Positions 51,408 to 64,000 of a stretch of 64,000 nucleotides of DNA are shown piece after piece. The DNA is taken from assembly GCA_964016885.1 (NCBI GenBank), contig OZ024740.1, positions 322,400,001 to 322,464,000 of the forward strand, given 5' to 3'. The position numbers and the translations under genes were made by a program. The notes under the pieces are model-generated. The model ran no database searches. It was not told where the DNA came from and was given only the letters and a program-made list of their open reading frames with translations. This stretch comes from Eledone cirrhosa (Eukaryota). Every line of letters starts with the position of its first letter. Positions within the stretch are counted from its first letter, which is position 1.

Positions 51408-52734
51408 GTATATGTATGTATATGTATATGTATGTATGTGTATGTGTATGTATGTGTATATGTATGTATGTATGTATGTATGTATATATGTATGTATGTA
51501 TATGTATATGTATGTGTGTATGTATGTATGTATATATGTATGTATGTATGTATATATGTATGTATGTGTATATGTATGTATGTGTATATGTATGTATATG
51601 TATATGTATATATATATGCTGCTTTGTGCAGTGCCTTTGCTCACTATAAAAGCTTCACAGCACAGGCATTGCTTTATATCTGGAGATCTCTCTGCACTGG
51701 TCGTCACATGGTACCATGGGCCCAGCACTATGTGTCAATAATTGTCACAAGTGTAGTGTTTGTACCAGAGTTTTCAAGTCGCTGGCTGGACTAAAAAGTC
51801 ACATTCGTTCAGCGCATTGGTAGGGGTTCTCCTACATGGATATAAAGTAGTGGCCGTACTCGAAAACGAGTTGGCAGCCACCATGTATGTATGTATGTAT
51901 GTATGTATGTATATATATGTATGTATGTATGTATATATATGTATGTATGTATATATATATGTATGTATGTATATATATATATGTATGTATGTATATATAT
52001 ATATGTATGTATGTATGTATATATATGTATGTATGTATGTATATATATGTATGTATGTATGTATATATATATATGTATGTATGTATATATATATATGTAT
52101 GTATGTATATATATATATGTATGTATGTATATATATATATGTATGTATGTATATATATATATGTATGTATGTATATATATATATATGTATGTATGTATAT
52201 ATATATATGTGTATGTATGTATATATATATATGTGTATGTATGTATATATATGTATGTATGTATATATATATGTGTATGTATGTATATATATATATGTAT
52301 GTATGTATATATATGTATGTGTATGTATGGATATATATATATGTATGTATGTATATATATATGTATGTGTATGTATGTATATATATGTATGTGTATGTAT
52401 GTATATATATGTATGTGTATGTATGTATATATATGTATGTGTATGTATGTATATATATATATGTGTATGTATGTATATATATATATGTGTATGTATGTAT
52501 ATATATATGTGTATGTATGTATATATATATGTGTATGTATGTATATATATATATGTGTATGTATGTATATATATATATGTGTATGTATGTATATATATAT
52601 ATGTGTATGTATGTATATATATATATGTGTATGTATGTATATATGTGTATGTATGTATATATATATATGTGTATGTATGTATATATATATATGTGTATGT
52701 ATGTATATATATATATGTGTATGTATGTATATAT
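51172..52734. repeat. Compound TATG/TA microsatellite with an embedded 5'-truncated copy (51618-51883) of the 600-bp element
   Basis: Direct inspection; 51618-51883 matches about 50910-51171. Confidence 0.93.
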
Positions 52735-54756
52735 AGAAACTTGGTTGCCCTGATAAGTTCCTTGCTTTAGTTAGGTCTTTCCATGACGACATGAAGGCTT
52801 GGGTTAATGTCGGAGGTAACATGTCGGAGCCTATCTCAGTAAACAATGGAGTGAAACAGGGGGATATTCCAGCACCGACCCTGTTTGCCATATACTTTGC
52901 AATGGTTTTCTGTATTGCATTCAGGAATTGCGAGCATGGTGTTTACATCCGATATCGAACCTCAGGCAGCATATTTAACATCAGGCGCTTTGCTGCGAAG
53001 ACAAAAGTATTTACATCAGTCATAAGAGACCTCTTGTATGCAGATGATTGCGATCTTGTAGCGCACACAGAGAGTGATATGCAGCACATTTTGAATGTAT
53101 TTTCTAACGCTTGCACTGCCCTGGGTTTGACTGTCAGTCTCAAGAAAACCGTCGTCATGTACCAACCTGCCCCTGGTAAGCAGTACACTGAACCAAACAT
53201 CTATGTGTATGGCAAACGACTTGGAGTGGTTGATCAGTTTGTCTACCTGGGAAGCACTGTCAATCGATACGGCAACCTTGACGGTGAAATCTCACTTAGG
53301 ATTAGGAAAGCAAGTGATGCTTTCGGAAAGCTAGAAAGGCGACTCTGGGGTCGGCGAGACATATGCAGGAGGACAAAGGTAAAGGTGTACAGGGCATGTG
53401 TACTCTCTTGTCTTCTTTATGCCTGCGAGACCTGGGTCACATATTGACGCCACCTTAAGCAATTGGAGCGTTTCCATCAGATGTGTCTCAGACGGATCCA
53501 TGGCGTTCACTGGAGGGACCACATCAGTGATGTCGAGATTTTGGAAAGCTCTATGTGTGACAGTATAGAAGCTCTCGTGCTTAAGCAGCGACTCCGTTGG
53601 AGTGGTCACCTTGCCAGGATGAAGGATTCTAGAATACCAAAACAACTCTTCTATGGAGAGTTGGTTAAAGGAAAACGACCGCCACATAAACCAAAAAAGA
53701 GGTATAAGGATTCCTTGAAAGCCTCTCTGAAAGACGCTAACATCTCTGCTGATACATGGGAAAATATTGCTGCTGATCGTAATAAATGGAGAAAGACTGT
53801 ATATGAGGGAAAAGTTGCCTTTGAGGCATCTCGAATCGCACACGAGAAAGTAAAGCGGGACGTGAGGAAGGGCATTGCTGTTGCACTTTCAGACGGCGAG
53901 GGTCCTCCTATGGTTCTGACATGCAGCGTCTGTGCGAGACTCTGCCTAAGCAAAGCTGGACTCGAAAGTCATCTTCGCAGTCATAAAGTAAGACCAGTGG
54001 TTGACTACCAGGCTGCTGTTGGAGATGCTACTCATCATGCTTGCCAAACATGTGGTAGAGAATGTAAATCAGCAGGAGGACTCAAGCGACATGCAAAAGT
54101 ACACGAACTCCAACCACAGCCGACTATTCCCAGTAAGTGTTTTGGTTGCCGACTCTGTGCAAGACATTTTAGATCATTGGCTGGGCTAAAAAGCCACATT
54201 CGATCGCAGCACTGTCAGTTGCTATCGTGTGTGTGTATGTGTGTGTGTGTAGATATGCTTATGTGCGTGCGTGTGTGTGTATATATATATATGAATATGT
54301 ATATTATTATTGTTGTTGTCGTTATTATTATTATTGCTATTATTATTATTATTATTATTATTGTTATTAATGTATGTGTGTATATATGTGTATGTATGTG
54401 TGTGTGTATATATGTATGTATGTGTATATGTATATATATATATATATATCTTTTCCTTTTTTTTTTTTTTTTTTTAAATTTATTTATTATTATTATTATT
54501 AGGCGGTGGATTGGCAGTATCGGTAGAGGGTCGGACGCCATGCTTTCCAGCATAGTTACGTCCCTTTACGATCTGAGTTCAAATCCCGCCGAGGTTGACT
54601 TTGCCTTTCATCCTTATGGGGTCGATAAAATAAAGTACCAGTAATGCACTGGGTAATTGCTGGCCTTGTGCCTAAAGTAGAAACAATTATTATTATTATT
54701 ATTTTTTTTTTTTTTCTTGTGCAATGGCCATACTCGATAACGAGGGGGCAGCCATC
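52735..54756 (+). mobile_element. 5'-truncated RTE (BovB-like) LINE with RT and three C-terminal C2H2 zinc fingers
   Basis: [33 protein letters not shown] and RLRWSGH; one in-frame TGA at 53445-53447; fingers at 53922-54212; probable 3' tail at 54715-54756 beyond a microsatellite and SINE insertion. Confidence 0.9.
54502..54685 (+). mobile_element. Full-length tRNA-derived Meta-like SINE
   Basis: ggcggtggattggcagtatcggtagag (A box), gagttcaaatccc (B box), gcctttcatccttatggggtcgataaaataaagtaccag, (ATT)n tail. Confidence 0.85.
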
Positions 54757-54833
54757 ATATATATATATATATATGTATGTATGTATGTATATGTATGTAT
54801 GTATGTATGTATATATATGTATGTGTATGTATG

Positions 54834-54869
<36 letters not shown>

Positions 54870-56486
54870 TGTATATGTATGTATGTATGTATATGTATGT
54901 ATGTATGTATATATATGTATGTATGTATATGTATGTATGTATGTATATGTATGTATGTATGTATATATATGTATGTATGTATGTATATATATATGTATGT
55001 ATGTATATATATATATGTGTGTGTGTATGTATGTATATATATATATATATGTGTGTATGTATGTATATATATATATATGTGTATGTATGTATATATATAT
55101 GTGTGTATGTATGTATATATATATATATGTGTGTGTGTATGTATGTATATATATATGTGTATGTATGTATATATATGTGTGTATGTATGTATATATATGT
55201 GTGTATGTATGTATATATATATGTGTGTATGTATGTATATATATATGTGTGTATGTATGTATATATATGTGTGTGTATGTATGTATATATGTGTGTATGT
55301 ATGTATATATATATGTGTGTATGTATGTATATATATATGTGTGTATGTATGTATATATATATGTGTGTATGTATGTATATATATGTGTGTATGTATGTAT
55401 ATATATATGTGTGTATGTATGTATATATATATGTGTGTATGTATATATATATATGTGTGTATGTATATATATATGTGTGTATGTATGTATATATATATGT
55501 GTATGTATGTATATATATATGTGTGTATGTATGTATATATATATGTGTGTATGTATGTATATATATATGTGTGTATGTATGTATATATATATGTGTGTAT
55601 GTATGTATATATATATGTGTGTATGTATGTATATATATATGTGTGTATGTATGTATATATATATGTGTGTATGTATGTATATATATATGTGTGTATGTAT
55701 GTATATATATATGTGTGTATGTATGTATATATATATGTGTGTATGTATGTATATATATATGTGTGTATGTATGTATATATATATATGTGTGTATGTAGTA
55801 TATATATATATGTGTGTATGTAGTATATATATATATGTGTGTATGTATGTATATATATATATGTGTGTATGTATGTATATATATATATGTGTGTGTATGT
55901 ATGTATATATATATATATGTGTGTGTATGTATGTATATATATATATATATATGTGTGTATGTATGTATATATATATATATATGTGTGTGTATGTATGTAT
56001 ATATATATATATATGTGTGTATGTATGTATATATATATATATATGTGTGTATGTATGTATATATATATATATATGTGTGTATGTATGTATATATATATAT
56101 ATATGTGTGTATGTATGTATATATATATATATATGTGTGTATGTATGTATATATATATATATATGTGTGTATGTATGTATATATATATATATATGTGTGT
56201 ATGTATGTATATATATATATATATGTGTGTATGTATGTATATATATATATATGTGTGTATGTATGTATATATATATATATGTGTGTATGTATGTATATAT
56301 ATATATATGTGTGTATGTATGTATATATATATATATGTGTGTATGTATGTATATATATATATATGTGTGTCTGTATGTATATATATATATATGTGTGTAT
56401 GTATGTATATATATATATATATGTGTGTATGTATGTATATATATATATATGTGTGTATGTATGTATATATATATATGTGTGTATGT
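54757..56486. repeat. Compound microsatellite with a higher-order 22-30-bp period
   Basis: (gtgtgtatgtatgt(at)n) repeated dozens of times. Confidence 0.97.
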
Positions 56487-56830
56487 ATCATCATCATCAT
56501 CATTTCATTTTACGTCCACTTTTCCCTGCTTGCAAGGGTGGGACGGGAACTGATGCTGGCTTGATTTCTACAGCTGGATGCCCTTCCTAACACCAACCTC
56601 ATTTACAGTGAGTGCTGGGTGCTTTTTTGCCGTGGCACCTCCACGACCACTTTGCAGTGGAATGATAGGGACCCCAGTCCCTATCATCTCATTTCTACAG
56701 CTGAGTAAACTGGAGCAATGTGAAATAAAGTGTCTTGCTCAAGGAAACAACACATCACCCGGTCTGAGAATTGAACTCACAACCTTTCGATTGCAAGGCC
56801 AATGCTCTAACCACTAAGCCATGTGCCTCC
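56487..56830 (-). mobile_element. Young composite SINE
   Basis: Near-identical to 30928-31272 and 59881-60222. Confidence 0.85.
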
Positions 56831-57589
56831 ATATGTATGTATATATATATATATATGTGTGTATGTATGTATATATATATATGTGTGTATGTATGTATAT
56901 ATATATATATGTGTGTATGTATGTATATATATATATGTGTGTATGTATGTATATATATATATATGTGTGTGTGTATGTATGTATATATATATATATGTGT
57001 GTGTATGTATGTATATATATATATATGTGTGTGTATGTATGTATATATATATATATGTGTGTGTATGTATGTATATATATATATATGTGTGTGTATGTAT
57101 GTATATATATATATATATGTGTGTATGTATGTATATATATATATATATATGTGTGTATGTATATGTATATATATATATGTGTGTATGTATGTATATATAT
57201 ATATATGTGTGTATGTATGTATATATATATATATATGTGTATGTATGTATATATATATGTGTGTATGTATGTATATATATATATGTGTGTATGTATGTAT
57301 ATATATATATATGTGTATGTATGTATGTATATATATATATGTGTGTATGTATGTATATATATATATATGTGTGTATGTATGTATGTATATATATATATGT
57401 GTATGTATGTATATATATATATGTGTATGTATGTATATATATATATGTGTGTATGTATGTATATATATATATATATGTGTATGTATGTATGTATATATGT
57501 ATGTATGTATGTATGTATATATATATATGTGTGTATGTATGTATATATATATATGTGCGTGTATGTATGTATATATATGTGTGTGTATG

Positions 57590-57628
<39 letters not shown>

Positions 57629-57675
57629 ATGTATGTATATATATATATATGTGTGTATATATGTGTGTGTATATA
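56831..57675. repeat. Compound TA/TG/TATG microsatellite
   Basis: Direct inspection. Confidence 0.97.
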
Positions 57676-58299
57676 TTTATGTTGTTGGATCTCTGTTTCT
57701 GATGATATCTCTGGGTGATTCAATCAACAGAACTGCTTGCTTTTGAAATTAACCTGTAAGTGGCTGAGCATTCTACAAACACATGTACCCTCAATACTCA
57801 AGGAGATACAGCATGTCACAATATGTGACAATACTGGCTCTTTGAATTAGGTACAACTAACTTTTGTCAACTGAGTAGAACTGAAACTTGGAATAAAGTG
57901 TCTTGCTCAAGGGTACAATGTGCCACCAAGTCCAAGCATCTAACTCACAACCTTATGATCCTAAACTGAACTCCTTAACCACTAAGCCGCACACATCATC
58001 ACCATCATTGTTTTTACATCTTCTTTCCATGTTGGCATGGATTAGAAGGGTTATCATTTTCTGAGGGTATACCAATCAAGTCACCATATTTTACTCATAT
58101 GTTCCATATTTGGCTAGGTTTCTATGGCTGAATGCCATGACATTAACACTGGAGAAGTTGTCACATGATCGTCTAAACTGAGGAGCCCTTTCAGATCCCT
58201 TATTGTCTCTATTCAGTTGATAGATATTCAAGCTTCTGGTCTGTAACCACATATACTTTTAGTGGTGCTGTGATCATACTGGTGGACAGTTCTTTTGTA

Positions 58300-58574
58300 T
58301 TAACATAATGCCTGTCCACTTGATCCTGTCTCATTGATTTCATTGCATTCAGTATTTTTAGGTCATTACAACTTCATCCCACATCTTCCTTGGTCTCTGT
58401 CTTCCACAGGTTCCATACACTTTAAGAGCTCAGCACATTTTTAATACAGTTCTCCTTCTTATGCATCACAAACCCATACCAGCATAATCATCTCTCTTGC
58501 ACACTACATACAACTCCTTTCATACTCAAATTTTCTCCGCTTACTTGTACTCCGTTGTTCAAACATTACACATC

Positions 58575-58575
<1 letters not shown>
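58300..58575 (-). mobile_element. Old RTE LINE 3' fragment
   Basis: Minus-strand remnants of VQER*LCWYG..MH and CGRQRPRKMWDEVV. Confidence 0.65.
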
Positions 58576-58617
<42 letters not shown>

Positions 58618-58959
58618 GTGAGGGGGTGGGGGGCAGCTCTTCTTTTATACATGTGTTTTTTTGAAAACATGATTACTTTTGTTTCAATTTATTTGTTTAA
58701 ACCTACTCAGGTTTTCAAATAAGACCTCTACAGTTTATCTGAACCAACAAAGTTCCGTAGGCTATAATTTTATCAATGTTTCCAGATCCTTGGTGAAAAT
58801 AAATCAACAACACTCCTGGTAATTAGACAATGAGGGTCTGGAAATATTGACAAAATTATGGACTTAGGTATTTTGTTGTTCCAAACAGACTTAGAGCCCT
58901 TATTAGAAAATGTGAAAAGGTTCTAATAAAAGAAATCGAAGCTCAAAAGTCTTTGATGA

Positions 58960-59439
<480 letters not shown>

Positions 59440-59849
59440 TTACACCACCTGTGATTATGATGTTTGTATTATACCACCTGTAATTTTAATGTATAATGTG
59501 TTACACCTGTGATTTTAATGTATAATGTGTAATGTCACCTGTGTTCTAAAGGTATGTAGAATGTATAATACCACCTGTAATCTGGAGGTGTGTATATGCA
59601 TATATGTAATGTATAAGACCACCTTAATTTCAATGTATGTATAATAATTAGAATACCACACTGTGATCTAGAGGTATGTATAATACCACACTGTGATATG
59701 GTGGTGTGTATAAAATATAATACCATCTATAATCTAGAAGTATGTGTAATGTATAATATTACCTGTGATATGAAAATGTGTGTAATATATAATAGCATCT
59801 GCAATCTGGAGGTATGTATATACTGTATAGTACCACATGTGGCTGTAGA

Positions 59850-59860
<11 letters not shown>
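59440..59860 (+). repeat. Degenerate tandem array (about 12 units of 30-45 bp) derived from the ERK exon 3' end and donor site
   Basis: Units resemble aataccacctgtgatctaaag|gtatgtagaatg (59164-59196); for example 59536-59563 is cacctgtgttctaaaggtatgtagaatg. Confidence 0.88.
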
Positions 59861-59880
<20 letters not shown>

Positions 59881-59883
<3 letters not shown>

Positions 59884-60222
59884 ATCATCATCATTTCATT
59901 TTACGTCCGCTTTTTCCCTGCTTGCAAGGGTGGGACGGGAACTGATTTTGGCTTGATTTCTACAGCTGGATGCTCTTCCTAACACCAACCTCATTTACAG
60001 TGAGTGCTGGGTGCTTTTTTTGCCGTGGCACCTACACGTCCACTTTGCAGTGGAATGATAGGAACCCCAGTCCTATCATCTCATTTCTACAGCTGAGTAA
60101 ACTGGAGCAATGTGAAATAAAGTGTCTTGCTCAAGGAAACAACACATCACCCGGTCTGAGAATTGAACTCACAACCTTTCGATTGCAAGGCCAATGCTCT
60201 AACCACTAAGCCATGTGCCTCC
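59881..60222 (-). mobile_element. Young composite SINE
   Basis: Near-identical to 56487-56830. Confidence 0.85.
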
Positions 60223-60245
60223 ATCTATATATATACTTTATATTC

Positions 60246-60706
60246 TCGTGTAGCACCCATCCACCATCTGAGTGAGTTTCTTGGTCAGTGTCCAAGTCTC
60301 AGACCCGTACAGCAGCACAGACTCCACTACAGCAATGAAGAGGCGGATTTTCAGGTCTTTACGAAGGTCCGACTTCCACACCGATCTCTGAACATTAATC
60401 AGTATACACTGAGGATGAAAAACGCAGAGCTGTATGGGAGCCTCCCAAAAGTCAGCTCAAAAGTGACACAGAGGAGACTGAGGTTAGCTGGACATGCTCA
60501 CCGACATCCATAGTTGAAATTGCACTCAGTGATCCTGTCGGAGCCCCTACATGGACACACTGGAAGAAGACCAAGGTTAACGTGTGTTGATGCCCTAAGG
60601 ACAGACACTGATCTGTTGGAGATGCAGGAGATGGCAGTGATAATGAGGGACAGAGACCGCTGGAGAGAACTCGTCCATGGATCTCGGGAATTTTACTCGC
60701 CCTTGA
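60246..60706 (+). mobile_element. RTE-like LINE 3' fragment with an inverted 5' part and a 13-bp TSD
   Basis: 60246-60388 reads on minus VWKSDLRKDLKIRLFIAVVESVLLYGSETWTL..DGCYTR; from about 60386 it reads on plus LNI..NAELYG..RRLRLAGH; TSD atactttatattc at 60233-60245 and 60707-60719. Confidence 0.85.
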
Positions 60707-61081
60707 ATACTTTATATTCCACCTCTAGTCTGAAGGTATGGAGAATATATTGTCATCATCATTTTCATGTCTGCTGACAGGTCTACATAAACCAAGTCAG
60801 TACTGAAACGGTGGCTACTGATCACTCAGACAAGCCAGGGATCTGTCTTCTCACTTATGTAATGTAGTCTCACATTCTACCATCTGTTCAGGGGAGATTG
60901 TAATGTCTTTGAAACAACTGAAGGTCCTGCCAACCCTTTGTTAGGCAAGCTTTCTATGGCTGGGTGCCCTTCGTATCACCAACCATTTTACAGTGTGTTC
61001 TGGATATGTTTATCATGTATATCACTAAACACAAGGCAGGCTGTTTTCTGATCTACACAGTGTATATATGTGTGTGTGTAT

Positions 61082-61930
61082 GTATGTATATATATAATAT
61101 AAGGGTAAGAACGGGATGGAAGAAGTTTAGGGAACTACTACCACTGCTAGCTGCAAAAGGCTTCTCCCTCAGAATGAAAGGCAGACTGTATGATGCGTGT
61201 ATCCGAACAGCGATGTTGCATGGTAGTGAGACCTGGGCGCTGAAGGTGGAAGACTTACGTAGATTAGAGAGAAACGAAGCCTGCATGCTCCGATGGATGT
61301 GTAACAGTAATATACGTGAACGACAAAGCATAAAGGAATTGAGAGAGAGACTGAGCATAAGAGGAATCAAATGCTGCGTGCAGGAGAGGCGGTTACGCTG
61401 GTATGGACATGTGATGCGTATGAAGGATGACAGCTGCATAAAAAGGTGCAGAGCACTAGAAGTTGATGGAAACCGCGGAGTGGGGAGACCCAAGATGACT
61501 TGGGATGAGGTGATAAAAGCCGACCTTACCCAACTACACCTCTCAAAGTCAATGACACACGACCGTGACTTCTGGCGTCACGCAGTAATACAGGGTACCC
61601 GACCTCCCATGGGTACATGCTGAAGCATATAAACAATATGCCCCCCCCCCTCCACCGCAAGGTGGCCGTGGAGGTGCCACGGCAAAAAAGCACCCAGCCC
61701 ACACTGTAAAGTGGATGTGTAGGCGCCACGAAAAAGCACCCAGCACTCACTGTAAATGAGGTTGGTGTTAGGAAGGGCATCCAGCTGTAGAAATCAAGCC
61801 AGATCAGTTCCTGTATGAGCAAGGCATGGTCAGCCGACCAGACACTGCCCACAACAGGACAACCCGTCTAACCCATGCTAGCGTGGAAGAACGGACGTAA
61901 AACGGTGATGATGATGATGATGATGATGAT
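61082..61930 (+). mobile_element. 5'-truncated RTE LINE with 3' UTR and (GAT)n tail
   Basis: Open frame [37 protein letters not shown] to the stop at 61623. Confidence 0.93.
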
Positions 61931-61941
61931 ATATATATAAT

Positions 61942-62531
61942 GGTGGCTGCCAACTCGTTTTCGAGTACGGCTACTACTTTATATCCATGTAGGAGAACCC
62001 CTACCGATGCGCTGAACGGGTGTGACTTTTTAGTCCAACCAGCAACTTGAAAACTCTGGTACAAACACTACACTTGTGACAATTATTGACACATAGTGCT
62101 GGGCCCATGGTACCATGTGATGACAAGTGCAGAGAGATCTCCAGATATAAAGCAATGCCTGTGCCGTGAAGCTTTTATAGTGATCAAAGCCAGTCCCACT
62201 CTCTTAACCAAGATGATATTTACCAAAAAGAACAAGTCAACATCATTGGATACCATCAGGGTTGCAGGTGTTATATCAGAGTTTTCCTTCTCCTAGAATT
62301 CTGCCTTGACAAAGGCTAAGGGGTCATCTCTCCCTGTGATTTTGGATGGCCATTGATTCTTAAGAGCTCCTTTGCCCTTTGACAGGTTTTGTCTTTAGTC
62401 CTGCAGGATATCCAAAGTCACCCTCCTCACCAAGAAACCTTGGTGGGGTTTGCCAGTTTAGTCGCCAACGACTCGATCATGAGACAGGTTGTACTGGGAT
62501 ACATGTTACCAGTAGCACCAACTGGTGACCT
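61942..62531 (-). mobile_element. Full-length copy of the RTE-derived non-autonomous element
   Basis: Reverse complement of 50567-51171 with few differences. Confidence 0.88.
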
Positions 62532-62575
62532 ATTATTGATATTATATATATATATATATATATAATATCAATAAT

Positions 62576-62640
62576 ATTAATAAATGGAAAATATTATAAA
62601 ACCATATTTATTTTATTATACATATTTCAAGGGTAGCAAT
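62576..62640 (-). mobile_element. 3' fragment of the AT-rich hammerhead-bearing element
   Basis: aaatggaaaa..ttataaaaccatatttattttattatacatatttcaagg matches 34909-34963; follows (TA)n. Confidence 0.7.
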
Positions 62641-62818
62641 ATCCTCATATGAACTTAATGTTATGAGTTCATTGTGGATAGTGAGTAAATATTCAAAACT
62701 CAGGATAAATATGCTAATGAGGATAACGTTAAAACTGAAAAGTACCGTTAAGTTTAGATGCTAGATATATTTTAAATAATTATTCTAAATTGTTTTTTAA
62801 AACAAATAACTCATTGTT

Positions 62819-62881
<63 letters not shown>

Positions 62882-63327
62882 AGGGTGTTCAATTTTTAGA
62901 ATAGGTATACTGTATATCGGAGTGTCATAAAAAGGCATTTAAAAGTACTAGTATCAGAAGCCATGCTAGCATGGAAAATGGACGTTAAATGATGATGATG
63001 ACGATGATGATGATGAAGGGCAACCAACTGTAAAATGTCTGAAACCACCCTGTCTAACCATGCCAGCATAGAAAAGTGGATGCATAAATGATGATAATAT
63101 ATGTGATCTGGAGGTGTGTAGGATGGATATATATATAAATAATACCACTGGAATCCCCCAATTTTCTCTAGAATCCCTCCATCCCAACTCTTATTAATAA
63201 GTACAGTACCAGACAATATGATGATCTGATATTGTTAATCAATGTTGTCCCTATTTACCTGTTGATTGACTAACAAAGTAACTTACCTTGATAACACACC
63301 TTTTATCTTTCTCTTTTTTCCCTCTAG

Positions 63328-63489
<162 letters not shown>

Positions 63490-63710
63490 TGAAATACCAG
63501 TGTACTCAAAACATTGAAATATTAACTGAATGAGCACTCAGTATATGTGACCAGAGTGTCAGTTTTATTTTCTGAGTTTAAAACTTGCAGTAACTTTGAA
63601 GTTTTAGCTATTGCTACATCTAGTGTGTGCATGTGCATATGTTTGTGTGTCTATATAATTTATTTTATTACTTGGACTTTTGCTGAAATACTTTTGTTTC
63701 AATCTTATAG

Positions 63711-63851
63711 TATTGGAGCTGTGATCTCTCAATTTAGACAAGTAGTGACTCTACCTGGAATCACTCTCTGATCGCTAAGCTACGCACTCTATCAAGTAAC
63801 ATTACTCCAAAGACCCTTCAGAGGAATCCCATTTCGGCTGCTTGTATTCAT
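63711..63851 (-). mobile_element. Decayed RTE LINE fragment
   Basis: Homologous to 4760-4897 and 27310-27420. Confidence 0.7.
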
Positions 63852-64000
63852 GATTGTATTCTTTTGGTCATTTCCCAAAATTTATTACCATAAAGGGTGG
63901 CACGAATACTGAATTGAAGATAGCAAGTTTGGTTTTTCCACCTACCTCCTTTCTTATGACTGAATGCTGAAACTGCCACATTACTGCACCAGCTCCTGCA

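Noticed and set aside
54502-54590. tRNA genes suggested by A/B boxes here and at other sites
   Set aside because: They are SINE heads continuing into conserved SINE bodies and tails; no complete cloverleaf.
53463-54644. Host C2H2 zinc-finger gene
   Set aside because: The fingers are in frame with the LINE RT, and the ORF tail after about 54225 is microsatellite and SINE read-through.
39571-57746. Many long ORFs (up to 609 aa) rich in Y/I/C/V/M or H/T/Y/I
   Set aside because: Translations of TA/TG/TATG microsatellites, which lack stop codons in most frames; not genes.

Overview
AT-rich, microsatellite-dense animal genomic DNA. The SINE/LINE content and (TA)n/(GAT)n landscape suggest a cephalopod such as Octopus (inference). 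The window lies inside one very large gene on the + strand, an ERK1/2-type MAP kinase. Four internal coding exons are visible (24626-24752, 41116-41171, 58995-59184, 63328-63460) and splice in frame from kinase subdomain II through the TEY activation loop; the first and last exons are outside the window. Two donors are minor-spliceosome type (GTATCCTT), giving a U2-U12-U2-U12 intron order, and the first U12 intron is about 17.8 kb. The introns are filled with 5'-truncated RTE-type LINEs, tRNA-derived SINEs, Tc1/mariner, piggyBac-like and Helentron-like non-autonomous elements, a decayed CRE-like retrotransposon, minisatellites and very large compound TA/TG/TATG arrays. Highlights: (1) the double U12 architecture; (2) a tandem array of about 12 copies of an ERK exon/5'-splice-site junction; (3) several hammerhead-ribozyme-bearing Penelope-like remnants, one forming a perfect 371-bp fold-back; (4) a (TA)n-associated RTE with three C2H2 fingers plus an apparent non-autonomous partner; (5) a PHD finger inside an RTE reverse transcriptase; (6) a twin-priming-type inverted RTE insertion. 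Almost all long ORFs in the supplied track are microsatellite or minisatellite artefacts. Repeat boundaries are by eye and approximate.
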